Positions 1-48,263 of a DNA stretch of 64,000 nucleotides are shown here, one piece after another. Position 1 is the first letter of the stretch, and every line of letters begins with the position of its first letter. Under the pieces are notes generated by a model that saw only the letters and a list, made by a program, of their open reading frames with translations, had not been told where the DNA came from and did no database searches. Where the stretch lies: the NCBI GenBank assembly GCA_002269645.1, contig NIVC01002860.1:70575-134574 (forward strand), written 5' to 3'. This stretch comes from Macrostomum lignano (taxonomy: Eukaryota). Made by a program: the position numbers and the translations under genes.

Positions 1-1110
1 CCCGCCGGAGACTGGGAGGGCGGCCTCCGGAGTAGGGGGGGGGGATAAAATGAGAAGAGCAAACAGCCACGAAAGCAAATTTTGCCCTTTTTTCCCTTTT
101 CTTATTTTGCTTTCGCTTTCCACATCCCCGCGCAGATGCCGCCCTTCTCACGGAGCGGCCAGGCGGTTGGAGAAAGGGAGAGAAAGCCGCTAGATGAGGC
201 GTCAGAGAAGCTGGGACCAGTTAGACTTTTCCTCCAGCCTCCCGATCCTTGGGATGAAGATTAGCCCGTGCAGCAGGGCGAACAAGTCAGTGAATTATTC
301 AGCAGCCTTTCAGACCAATAATGCAATAAAATATAATATTTCCTTCGACCTGCAGCAGCAGCCAAAGCAATCTTCCCTGTCATTATATTTTTGTTTTAAT
401 AAACCTTGCACTAATTGGGACTCAGGTTTCTTAACTGGTCCTGCCGGCCTCGAGCAGAAAGTTTTGCCGTGAGCTCACGGCTGAGCCCAAATGAATTGCT
501 CAACTTCTGTCTTACTAGCTCTCGATTTTCACTCTTAGCGACAGGCCAGAGACGCTGATCCTCCTCCGAAATTCTAATAGCTGCACGCGGTGGCCACTGC
601 ATCGCCCAGTTGCATTATGCCCTTCACTTCCATGCTGATGGATGGAGCATGCATCATTTATGGCGCTCTGCTGCACCCCCCATGACTGACTCCGCGCCTC
701 CTTCGGGCCTCCTCAGCTGGCTGCGTCTCCAGTCAGCCGGCCACCTTCGCCGCAGCCCCCGCCTTCTCCTCGCACGATAAAAGGAGAAGATAAAAGGGAA
801 GCGCGATCCCCAGCCCCGAAACAGAAGTGGAAAGAGACACAGCAAGGTCAGTGGGGACCACCCAAAGATGAAGTGGCTGAGCCGCTCCCAGCCTCCTCTT
901 TCTGTTTAAGTTCGGGCGTATCGCATGGGACTCGATCAAAAGAGGAAAATGGCCAGCCGGGACGCTGAGGGGATCTGCTGTCCCCAGCCAAGCCGAGGAG
1001 CTTTTCCTGCTCTGATCCTCTGAGAGGCCGCCCACTGCCCCAGCGACTGGTCGTGTGTTCCTGGCGGGGCCGGCTGCCCCCACCATCCCCATCATCTTTG
1101 CGGCCTGATC

Positions 1111-1495
1111 CCACTGCCACTGCAGATCTCCCTCCACTCTGCCACTGCAGATCTCCCTCCACTCTGCCACTGCAGATCTCCCTCCACTCTGCCACTGCAG
1201 ATCTCCCTCCACTCTGCACTGCAGATCTCCCTCCACTCTGCCACTGCAGATCTCCCTCCACTCTGCCACTGCAGATCTCCCTCCACTCTGCCACTGCAGA
1301 TCTCCCTCCACTCTGCCACTGCAGATCTCCCTCCACTCTGCCACCGCAGATCTCCCTCTACTCTGCCACTGCAGATCTCCCTCCACTCTGCACTGCAGAT
1401 CTCCCTCCTCTCTGCCACTGCAGATCTCCCTCCACTCTGCCACTGCAGATCTCCCTCGAATCTGCCATCGCGGACCTCCCTCCAATCTGCCACTC
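1111..1495. repeat. Minisatellite, 25-bp unit GCCACTGCAGATCTCCCTCCACTCT (~15 copies)
   Basis: Direct inspection. Confidence 0.9.
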
Positions 1496-1647
1496 ATTCC
1501 GCCTCTCACTCCGCCTCTCACTCGGCCTCTCACTCTGCCTCTCACTCTGCTACTCTAACTTTCTTTTTGCCTCCCAGTCTCTCTATCTCAGATATAATAG
1601 AAATCGAGATGTAGTGATTTGCAGAGTGATGCGGAGAATGGGACGCA

Positions 1648-2083
1648 AAGTGAGACGGAGAGTGAGACGGAGAGTGAGACGGAGAGTGAGACGGGGAGTG
1701 AGACGGAGAGTGAGACGGAGAGTGAGACGGAGAGTGAGACGGAGAGTGAGACGGAGAGTGAGACGGAGAGTGAGACGGAGAGTGAGACGGGGAGTGAGAC
1801 GGGGAGTGAGACGGAGAGTGAGACGGAGAGTGAGACGGAGAGTGAGACGGAGAGTGAGACGGAGAGTGAGACGGAGAGTGAGACGGAGAGTGAGACGGAG
1901 AGTGAGACGGAGAGTGAGACGGAGAGTGAGACGGGGAGTGAGACGGAAAGTGAGACGGAGAGTGAGACGGAGAGTGAGACGGAGAGTGAGACGGAGAGTG
2001 AGACGGAAAGTGAGACGGAGAGTGAGACGGAAAGTGAGACGGAGAGTGAGACGGAGAGTGAGACGGAGAGTGAGACGGAGAGT
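1648..2083. repeat. Minisatellite, 12-bp unit GTGAGACGGAGA (~36 copies)
   Basis: Direct inspection. Confidence 0.92.
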
Positions 2084-3169
2084 GCGATGTCATCCTATTC
2101 CATCTCCTAAGTTTCTGTTTGTCATCAGTTCCAACTTTCAACTCTCCCATTATCGCTTCTCCTTCTTCGCCTTCTCGCCAGGGATAATTCGAAAAGAGAT
2201 TTCCAGCTGGGCCCATCAAATTCTAATGCACGAAAATGTATATTTTTTCGACCAGCTTAAGAAAAGATTTCGCTTTGTCAGTCCGGGCAGTCCAACAAAT
2301 CAATTCATGTCGCCCTCGCTTCTGCCTCTGGGCATCGATTTTCCTGTGGAATGAAGAAAGTCTGCAAATCCGAGACCCCGAGCCCAGACCGAGCAGCATT
2401 TAGCGACACTTTGAGCGCAGCAGAAATTCTTTGCCCATCTCGGACTCGGACACGAATTCGCCCGGCCGAATTCGCCTGATCTCAGTGTACTTTTGGCCTA
2501 GATTGGCCCGGTCGGACTTTCCAGTTTTGGAATCCTCGCTGCGATGCCAATTTCAATGAGAGAAACAGAGAGGGGTGGCCCCCCCTCAGTCACCTGCTGC
2601 CTGCGCTGTTGCTATGCCGGAAAGATAGTGAAAACGGGCTTCGAGTTTGCCTGCCCTTGCCGTGCCTGTCAGGCTGCGGTTTAGCTGCAGTTTGGGGGCG
2701 ATAAACACTCGCGAAACACTCTGTGTAGCCCAGCTCCCCCCGACTGCCACACGGCACCTTTTCATTATTGCTATCAATTGGGCAGCTTAGTATTAACTGT
2801 GGCTTCACTGACAGTCTGACATTTGGGGAGAACCCTGCCTCCCTCCTGCGCCCTACTAATGTTCCACTACTTCTCTCATTATCTCTCATTTCTATTCTCC
2901 TTCTCCCCGGCTTCTCTATCTGCTTCTTCATCTCATCTTCTCCCTCTCTCTACCCCTCTCCATCTCCCTCTCTCTTGGCATCACCCTCTCCCTCTCCCTC
3001 TCTACTCATTCTTCGTCTCACTCTACATCTTCCTCTCCCTCTCCCTCTCCCTCTCCTTCTCCCTCTCCCCCTCCTTCTCTCTCCTTTTCTCCCTCTCCCC
3101 CACTATCATCCTCTCCTTCTCCCTCACCACCACCCTCTACTTCACCCTCTCCTCTCCTCTCTCCTTTTC

Positions 3170-3795
3170 TCCCTCTCCCTCTCCATCTCCCTCTCCATCT
3201 CCCTCTCCATCTCCCTCTCCATCTCCCTCTCCATCTCCCTCTCCATCTCCCTCTCCATCTCCCTCTCCATCTCCCTCTCCATCTCCCTCTCCATCTCCCT
3301 CTCCATCTCCCTCTCCATCTCCCTCTCCATCTCCCTCTCCATCTCCCTCTCCATCTCCCTCTCCATCTCCCTCTCCATTTCCCTCTCCATCTCCCTCTCC
3401 CTCTCCCTCTCCATCTCCATCTCCCTCTCCATCTCCATCTCCCTCTCCCTCTCCATCTCCCTCTCCATCTCCCTCTCCATCTCCCTCTCCCTCTCCCTCT
3501 CCATCTCCCTCTCCATCTCCCTCTCCATCTCCCTCTCCATCTCCCTCTCCCTCTCCCTCTCCCTCTCCATCTCCCTCTCCCTCTCCCTCTCCATCTCCCT
3601 CTCCCTCTCCCTCTCCCTCTCCATCTCCCTCTCCATCTCCCTCTCCATCTCCCTCTCCATCTCCCTCTCCATCTCCCTCTCCCTCTCCCTCTCCCTCTCC
3701 CTCTCCCTCTCCATCTCCCTCTCCATCTCCCTCTCCAGCTCCCTCTCCCTCTCCCTCTCCCTCTCCATCCCCCTCTCCATCTCCCTCTCCTTTTC
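3170..3795. repeat. Pyrimidine repeat CTCTCCATCTCC / CTCTCC
   Basis: Direct inspection. Confidence 0.9.
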
Positions 3796-4164
3796 CTTCT
3801 CCTTTTTCCTCAACATCTCCTTTCTTTCCTTCTGTTTCTGCCCCGTCTTCCCAGTAAACCATTTCCTGTCGAATAATTAGACTTTTACGGGAAATTTTCT
3901 ATCCTAAACGCTCTCAAGCGGCTTCCGTCATCAAATCAGTCTGGTTTCAAAGCTTTTGGCGAATTTCAAAAGTCTGCCGACTAAAATCCCCACTGAGGGC
4001 GCCTGAGGTACCCTGGGGAATTCCATAGCAGTGTCTGTCAACCTGACCCGCCACAAACTGGCCCTTGTGAGCCAGGCGGAATCCAATTATGAGCATCTTT
4101 TGTAGGTAAAGGAGCTGTGAGCAGTCTTACTGAACAAGAGCTGCTGAGTGACAGGCAGATTGAT

Positions 4165-4683
4165 TTATTGACAGTTTGATTGACAGGTTGATTTATTAGA
4201 TGGCAGTTTGATTGACAGGTTGATTTATTAGATGGCAGTTTGATTGACAGGCTGACTGGTTTGTTGGCAGTTTGATTGACAGACTGATTGGTTCATTGGC
4301 AGTTTGATTGACAGACTGATTGGTTTGTTGGCAGTTTGATTGACAGACTGATTTAGTTCATTGGCAGTTTGATTGACAGGCTGATTGGTTTGTTGGCAGT
4401 TTGATTGACAGGCTGATTTATTAGATGGCAGTTTGATTGACAGGCTGATTAGTTCATTGGCAGTTTGATTGACAGGCTGACTGGTTTTTTGGCAGTTTGA
4501 TTGACAGGCTGACTGGTTTTTTGGCAGTTTGATTGACAGGCTGACTGGTTTGTTGGCAGTTTGATTGACAGGCTGACTGGTTTGTTGGCAGTTTGATTGA
4601 CAGGCTGATTGGTTTGTTGGCAGTTTGATTGACAGGCTGACTGGTTTGTTGGCAGTTTGATTGACAGGCTGACTGGTTTGTTG
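4165..4683. repeat. Minisatellite, 32-bp unit GGCAGTTTGATTGACAGGCTGACTGGTTTGTT
   Basis: Period 32 (e.g. 4561/4593). Confidence 0.88.
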
Positions 4684-5411
4684 CGTTGCGCTAGGTTGCC
4701 TTTTTTGATTATTTCTTTCTTTCTGACACTTGACTGATTGACTGATTAGGAGGCTGCAAGTTGGCTGAAACAGCTTGACAGTTCTACTCTAATCAGTTTC
4801 AAGCTCATTGTGCAATTAATCTACTCAATTTGAAATAATTTGCGAAAACTCTTGTTCAACACCGACTGCGATAAAGCGGATATCCGTGCTTATAAGATGG
4901 TGCTACGGAGCAGACGCTCATCCGGGAATTTCCTATGCGCTCGGGCCCTAATTAATTATTAATTATTTGGACGCGCAGGAAGGCAGGCGCAGCTGCACTC
5001 CAGAGCCCCCCCCCGTCCGCCAAGGCTGCCGCCTTCCCAGCCATTGATATAATTATCCCATTACTGGGCGCCTCCGGCGCAGGCGGCCTCAATTCAGGTT
5101 AATTGAAGGCAGCCGACGTTCACCTATGAGGCTGGGAATCTGATTAGCGAGGAGGCGAGCCCGGCAAACCGGGAGAGTTGAGGGGACGCGGAAGCGGCAG
5201 AATTGACAGCAAAGATTGGACGAATTTTAAAGCTGAAAAAATTGCCCGACAGGAAGTCATTGCCGGGATAATTTCTGCCAGCGTTTTCTCCGCGTCTGCT
5301 TTGAACACTCGGGCGACTGATCACTTTTTATGCGGGGCTTCAAGTGAAAAACCTTGCCATCACACTTCTTCCGCCCCTGTCTGATCTGCTTCTGCTGCTC
5401 GCAATACCACC

Positions 5412-7015
5412 CTCTCCTCCCTGTCCCCCTCCCTGTTCTCCTCCCTGTCCTTCTCCCTGTCCTTCTCCCTGTCCTCCCTGTCCTCCTCCCTGTCCTCCTC
5501 CCTGTCCTCCTCCCTGTCCTTCTCCCTGTCCTCCCTGTCCTCCTCCCTGTCCTCCTCCCTGTCCTTCTCCCTGTCCTCCCTGTCCTCCTCCCTGTCCTCC
5601 TCCCTGTCCTTCTCCCTGTCCTCCTCCCTGTCCTTCTCCCTGTCCTCCCTGTCCTCCTCCCTGTCCCCCTCCCTGTCCTTCTCCCTGTCCTTCTCCCTGC
5701 CCTTCTCCCTGTCCTCCTCCCTGTCCTTCTCCCTGCCCTTCTCCCTGTCCTTCTCCCTGTCCTTCTCCCTGTCCTTCTCCCTGTCCTCCTCCCTGTCCTC
5801 CTCCCTGTCCTTCTCCCTGTCCTTCTCCCTGTCCTTCTCCCTGTCCTCCTCCCTGTCCTCCTCCCTGTCCTCCCTGTCCTCCTCCCTGTCCTCCTCCCTG
5901 TCCTCCTCCCTGTCCTCCCTGTCCTCCTCCCTGTCCTCCTCCCTGTCCTTCTCCCTGTCCTCCTCCCTGTCCTTCTCCCTGTCCTCCTCCCTGTCCTCCT
6001 CCCTGTCCTCCTCCCTGTCCTTCTCCCTGTCCTCCTCCCTGTCCTTCTCCCTGTCCTCCCTGTCCTCCTCCCTGTCCCCCTCCCTGTCCTCCTCCCTGTC
6101 CTTCTCCCTGCCCTTCTCCCTGTCCTCCTCCCTGTCCTTCTCCCTGTCCTTCTCCCTGTCCTCCTCCCTGTCCTCCTCCCTGTCCCCCTCCCTGTCCTTC
6201 TCCCTGCCCTTCTCCCTGTCCTTCTCCCTGTCCTTCTCCCTGTCCTCCTCCCTGTCCTTCTCCCTGTCCTCCTCCCTGTCCTCCTCCCTGTCCTCCTCCC
6301 TGTCCTCCTCCCTGTCCTCCTCCCTGCCCTTCTCCCTGTCCTCCTCCCTGCCCTTCTCCCTGTCCTCCTCCCTGCCCTTCTCCCTGTCCCCCCTGTCCTC
6401 CTCCCTGTCCTCCTCCCTGTCCTTCTCCCTGCCCTTCTCCCTGCCCTTCTCCCTGTCCTCCTCCCTGTCCTCCTCCCTGTCCTTCTCCCTGTCCTCCCTG
6501 TCCTCCTCCCTGTCCTTCTCCATGTCCTTCTCCCTGTCCTTCTCCCTGTCCTCCTTGTCCTCCTCCCTACCCTTCTCCCTACCCTTCTCCCTGTCCTTCT
6601 CTCTGTCCTTCTTCCTGTCCTTCTCCCTGTCCTCCTCCCTGCCCTTCTCCCTGTCCTCCTCCCTGTCCCCCTCCCTGTCCTTCTCCTGCCCTTCTCCCTG
6701 TCCTTCTCCCTGTCCTCCTCCCTGCCCTTCTCCCTGTCCTTCTCCCTGTCCTTCTCCCTGTCCTTCTCCCTGTCCTTCTCCCTGTCCTCCTCCCTGCCCT
6801 TCTCCCTGTCCTTCTCCCTGTCCTTCTTCCTGTCCTTCTCCCTGTCCTCCTCCCTGCCCTTCTCCCTGTCCTTCTCCCTGTCCCCCTCCCTGTCCTTCTC
6901 CCTGTCCTTCTCCCTGTCCTCCTCCCTGTCCTTCTCCCTGTCCTTCTCCCTGTCCTTCTCCCTGTCCTTCTCCCTGTCCTTCTCCCTGTCCTTCTCCCTG
7001 TCCTTCTCCCTCTCC
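5412..7015. repeat. Minisatellite, 12-bp CCCTGTCCT(T/C)CT with 9-bp variants
   Basis: Direct inspection. Confidence 0.9.
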
Positions 7016-9382
7016 TTCTCCTTCTCTCCCTCTCTCTCCCTCTCTCTCTCTCTCTCTTTCTCTCTCTTTCTGTCTTATTGTCTCATTTCTTAATTTCTAT
7101 ATTCCTTCATCTCCCCCTTACTACCATTATCTCTTCTCCATTCGCACCCCTTCTGCCTCTGAACTTCCTTTCCACCCCAATCCTCCGCTCCCTCCATCCA
7201 TATAGATATCTCTCATTCTCTTAATCTTCCAATCTGTTAATCAGTAGTCAGATTCTCTTCAAAAATCCACTTTCCCGATCCCAAAAACTCCTCACTTGCC
7301 CCTCAATCCAATCGATGGTGACGCAATCCGCGGCAGCGTATAAACTTCAAAGAGCGATCGACCAGCAGAAACGCAGAAATGCAGCGGCCGAGCTTTGCCG
7401 CTTTTGCAACAACAAAGACATCAATTTACTGGTTCACTCGCTGTGCTCAGGGGAGGCAATCGGATTAAAATTAATGAGAAGGGCGGATAAACAAATCGGA
7501 TTTGCGCGCGCGGGGCTGAGGCAGGACGGTGAGGGATTAACGGCTGCGGTGCGGACCGGCTCTCAGATATCCCCACCGCGCAGAGCTGCCTCAGATAGCG
7601 GCAAAAATGCATTTGTATCGCAGTAGCGACTTCCCAGAAAAATGGTTAGCCAAAATCGGTGGGTTCGATTCTCTGCTGCAGTCGCAATGGCTACCCACTG
7701 TCATCGGAGAATCTGGGAGCAAATAATTAAACTTATGAATTCAAAACCGCGCCAAAATAACGCGTTAGAATAAACCCGGAAGTCGTAGGCGGCGGCATAG
7801 GCGGCCGTTTCGATTGTCGCCTCCGAGATGAAATTCGTTTCCGCCAATCATCTGCCAGGGCGATGGCCGGCGGGGTCAATCAGGCACCCTTTGACTGCTC
7901 TGTCTGCTCTGGCCCGGCAGGCCAGGGCCCTTCATTGGCTTCTCAAAGCCGGCCCAGAGCCGGGCTCAGGCATGACGCTGCTTGAGCTATCGCGAAATTA
8001 AGGAGCGGCCTCCGTGTCCCGGAATGCCGGAAAATTCCCTTATTATTATTTCCTTATTTGCCCGCCTCCCAATTCTCGGGAGCCGAGCAGCCCAGCCTCA
8101 TTTCATGCCAAATCCCCGGCAGTCCGGGGGGCGCTGGCTGGGAAGGCAGGACAAAAAATTGGGAGCTCCCCAAGCAGCTTGTAGCAGATGGGGAAACGGG
8201 GAAATGGATACGTGAGAAGAGGGCGGATCTTATCCTCTGCATCTCATCCGATCCTCATCAGCCTGTAAGCCTGTCTGCAGTCTCTTCTGCCCCTCTTGCT
8301 GCGGCAGGCAAAGTGTGGCTGCTGGCAGGGCCTGCGGATCTGGGAGATTGCTAAATAAGCTGCTGTTGTCTTCTGGAAGCGGCCAGGCAGAACTGTTCTG
8401 GTCGAATTGCCAGGCTCCGCTGCATCTGCCGCTGGAGTCGTTGCCAGGGCGGCCGGAGCAGCTCAGCACTTTCCCCCCAGCCTGCCAGCTCGCTGGATGG
8501 CCGACTGCGCACTTCGCTGTCCCACGGCAGCTGTCCCAGCGGCCTCGGCTCGCTAATCCCCGGGCCCGACTTCCCAGCCAGGGGAGAGAATTAATTGTCC
8601 CCTTAGAGAGCGGGGAGAGGAACTAAAAATTGCCCCCCATCACCCTGTGCGAGTGAAAGCCCGGCACTTCTTGAAGTTGGAGAAACTCGACTGCTCCCCA
8701 GATGTACTTTTCATTTCTCATCCTTGATTATTAACCTTCCCCGGACTGACGCCTGCAATTCGGCCAGCTTTCGGACAGCATTTCCTAATATAAAAAAACT
8801 TATTTTTAACAACTAGAAGCATAAAGTCCGTGTAAACCATTTTGTAAAAATGGATAGCAAATTTTTTCACATTGCTACTGATGGCAGTAGTGTATTTGGA
8901 AATTTATGCGTACGAAAACTTTATTTTTAAAGCACTTCCCCTACGGCTTGACATCAGATTGCATTTAGCTCGCATCCAGTGGCTGCCGGACAAGACTAAG
9001 CACTTAAGCTATGGACCACCTTGCGGGCAGCCGGGCAGCCTGCGGCCGCTCACCCTTCATCAAGGCCTGGGGAAACTGACTGATCAAAGTGGCCGTACTT
9101 GAAGTCTGCGGCTTCACCAAAACTGCCCTGTTCGGCTGACGGCTGCAAATCACTGCGCCGCTTACGTGCCAGTTTTGCTCTTGACAAGCTAACTTGGCCG
9201 AAATTTATTGAGTTCAAAACCAGCTTTCATCAATTTTTCACTCATATTCGATGAGGCTTTCCTCAGACGATTGTTAGATAAGATTTGCACCTGTCAGTTG
9301 TCCCACTCGGTGAGTGGCCGCCAAATTCCTGCGACATGCGATTAGATTAGCTTATTTGACTGGCAACCTGCTGAGCTGCTCG

Positions 9383-10109
9383 AATGGATTGCTAATCTAG
9401 CCTATCATGGGTGCAGGAATAGAATGGATTGCTAATCTAGCCTATCATGGGTGCAGGAATAGAATGGATTGCTAATCTAGCCTATCATGGGTGCAGGAAT
9501 AGAATGGATTGCTAATCTAGCCTATCATGGGTGCAGGAATAGAATGGATTGCTAATCTAGCCTATCATGGGTGCAGGAATAGAATGGATTGCTAATCTAG
9601 CCTATCATGGGTGCAGGAATAGAATGGATTGCTAATCTAGCCTATCATGGATGCAGGAATAGAATGGATTGCTAATCTAGCCTATCATGGGTGCAGGAAT
9701 AGAATGGATTGCTAATCTAGCCTATCAGGGCTGCAGGACTAGAATGGATCGCTAATCTAGCCTATCATGGGTGCAGGAATAGAATGGATTGCTAATCTAG
9801 CCTATCATGTGTGCAGGAATAGAATGGATTGCTAATCTCGCCTATCATGGGTGCAGGAATAGAATGGATTGCTAATCTAGCCTATCATGGGTGCAGGAAT
9901 AGAATGGATTGCTAATCTAGCCTATCACGGATGCAGGAATAGAATGGATTGCTAATCTAGCCTATCATGAGTGCAGGAATAGAATGGATTGCTAATCTAG
10001 CCTATCATGTGTGCAGGAATAGAATGGATTGCTAATCTAGCCTATCATGGGTGCAGGAATAGAATGGATTGCTAATCTAGCCTACCATGGATGCGGGAAT
10101 AGAATGGAT
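9383..10109. repeat. Minisatellite, 40-bp unit GAATGGATTGCTAATCTAGCCTATCATGGGTGCAGGAATA (~18 copies)
   Basis: Period 40; the same unit recurs at 62456-63034. Confidence 0.93.
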
Positions 10110-10435
10110 TTCCAGTATACTCCGCCCCTAACTCAGTCACCCCAGCCGGCTGTCCAGTCGGACACTGGCAGTTTTGGCTAGAAGTCTGTCAGCCAATCAG
10201 CAGTCTCGCAGGGCAGGCCAGGCTGTTCAATCAACTGATAAAGGGGCCTTTCTGACGCTCTCAGCGCTCCATTCAAACCACAAAATTCCACAAAGTTCGC
10301 GAGGAAGGAATCATGAATTTAAAAAAATTCGTCTTTTAACAAAACTTGACTGATTTTAAAACTATCAGATGGCGCCGAGGCAAACTATTTAAAAGTGCAA
10401 CTCAGAGTTGGCTGAACATCTATTAGAGCTCGGCG

Positions 10436-46038
<35,603 letters not shown>

Positions 46039-48095
46039 CCCGCTGACCTCTGCCGCTCCTCCGACCCAACGCCGTCCCTCTTGAGCTACCGTTTCGCCTT
46101 TCTCCACACACGTGGATGGACCTCTCCAAGGCCATTATTTGCACAACATAGACTGAGCTTAGCCCTGACAAATCAGCCAGGAACTGCCAATATCGACATC
46201 TACTTAGTCGGAATCACTTGTTGAGTAAAAGCATCACAAAGCATTGACTTATAGAAGAACTTACATGCACTGCATGGAAACTTCTTGTAGCATTTAATTA
46301 CGAGTCTCTTTAATTACGAGACTCTTCGTAGCAGTCTCTGTACTATAATTCTAGGGAGATAAACCCTCACTTTCGTACCTGTTACCGATAATAAATTGCT
46401 GTTATCCGCACTTTATCCAAAAGTCGATCCCAAAGTCACTAACCAACCCAGCTGTCAATGCATTTTTTATTAGCTAAGACTTGACCGCACAGCCCCAGCA
46501 GACCTTCATTCTCGCAATAGCTCCGCAATGTGTCAACCTCTGACCCCGGGTTTCCACCGCCGCAAACCATTGCAAAGTTGAACGATTTCCTCAATGCGCC
46601 CGACCGCCCACGCAATTGCGAAACCATGCTGGCTCTTGAACTTGCTCAATAAAAAATAGCAATCTGACTGACCATGACCTTGAATTTCATTAACCTAATT
46701 TGTCTGCTCTTATTACACCTATAAAAGTACTTTATCATGTCACGGATGTACAGTTTAAGGCACGTGTACTCTAACAGCAACTTTCTAAATGCATAAATAT
46801 ACACTTATTGATTCCGGATGTAACTTCAAATGCATTAAAAACTACTTATACAAGTAGTATAGAGTATCTGTTTCGGTATAGATTAATAACTGAAAAATAT
46901 CAGAAAGATTCAATTTTTCTAGATCAACGTGATCGACAGGACTCACACGAGAAGAGAAATAACTTTATTTATTTAGGAATTTTACATCTAGTGAACAGTT
47001 GCAATTACTAGCATAGTTATAAGTTTTTAATTAATTAATAATGTTAATTATCAGCTACGCAACACAACACTGGCTGGGGAGTTGCTCAGGTGACATGTGT
47101 TGCATATTGATTCAGTGCAGCAGCAGCAGCTAGTGGCTACGAAGATGCAAAGCACAGCTATGACTCATCAACTATCAGCCAAAAGCTGACGTGGACAGCA
47201 GGTGCATAAAATGAAGCGACGGGAATCCTGGATTAAAAAGAGCATTTAAAATTAATATGGATAAATTATTGAATAAAGGAGCTTGTTTTTCATTGACAGA
47301 CTAGATAAGCAGTGCGTTAAAAATAGGAAAGCAGTGACTCCAGACCACTCTAAAACGACAAGATGTCACGGCACGATTCACCAAAACGTCGCCAAAGAAT
47401 CGCCTCCGACTCTGGCGCCGTGGAGTCGCTGTAGAATCAGTGAGTTGCGGCTGCCTCACATTATGAATTTGAAATCGCATTTCGCATTTTTAACAACTCT
47501 CCGTATTCAGCCTACTTGAGTTAGTAGAAAGTTAAGCGCCAACCACAACGACTCTTTGACAGTCATTTGAGTCGTTAAAAAGTCGCAAGAGTCGCCCCCG
47601 GAGTCATCGCTGTGACGAATTTCCCAGCGGCCTGCTGAGGTGACTAGGGCAGCTTAGTGACTCATAAAAATCTGCATATATTACTCAATCTAACTATACT
47701 ACTACATCTGTTGAATTGCACAAGTAGAGAGCGAGAGTAAAGTTCGTACAAATACGGGTGTAAAATGTGTATCGCACAGTCTATAGCAGGCTTATAAGCG
47801 TCATAATAATAATAATATTGATAATATATAATAACGAAACGTAAACGCGAACACGAGCCTGATTATCTTGGGCCTAATTGACCGAATCTCCTAAGTGAAC
47901 AGCGGAGACGCGCAGGCCAAACAATTATGCAATTTTTATCTGGACAGGCGGGCAGCAGGTGAGAGCGGAGGAAAGAGGGGGGGGCACAGCGGGGAATGCA
48001 GAGTGCCGGACAAAAATAGAGACAGATATCATTAGTTTGAATTTGCATGACAGCCCAGCAGACCAGCTCAACCTGTCAATCAAATCGCCAGATGC

Positions 48096-48263
48096 TCAGT
48101 CCTCGGCCTTCGTGCCGCGCACCTGGCCGGAGGCGATCTGGCTGTCCAAATCGCGCTTGGTCCGCTCCTCCAGCTGGCGGATGTCCTCCATGGTGAGGCC
48201 GAACCACTGGTCGGTGAGGCAGAACACCTGCCTGTGGAAGTTCGTGAAGATGCGGCGCTCCAT
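48096..48263 (-). CDS. PITPNA: PITP exon 4
   Basis: CAG|[47 protein letters not shown]. Confidence 0.94.
   Translation of the reverse strand: MERRIFTNFHRQVFCLTDQWFGLTMEDIRQLEERTKRDLDSQIASGQVRGTKAED

Noticed and set aside
1053-7224. Long low-complexity ORFs (poly-RV, PS, PC, REED and similar)
   Set aside because: All arise from 12-25-bp arrays lacking stops; no splice context or non-repetitive domain.
9383-10109. CRISPR-like regular repeat (also 62456-63034)
   Set aside because: Units are contiguous with no unique spacers, there are no cas genes, and the context is eukaryotic.
47330-47690. Cluster of GACTC/GAGTC motifs between the convergent 3' ends (possible MITE)
   Set aside because: I could not define terminal inverted repeats or a TSD.
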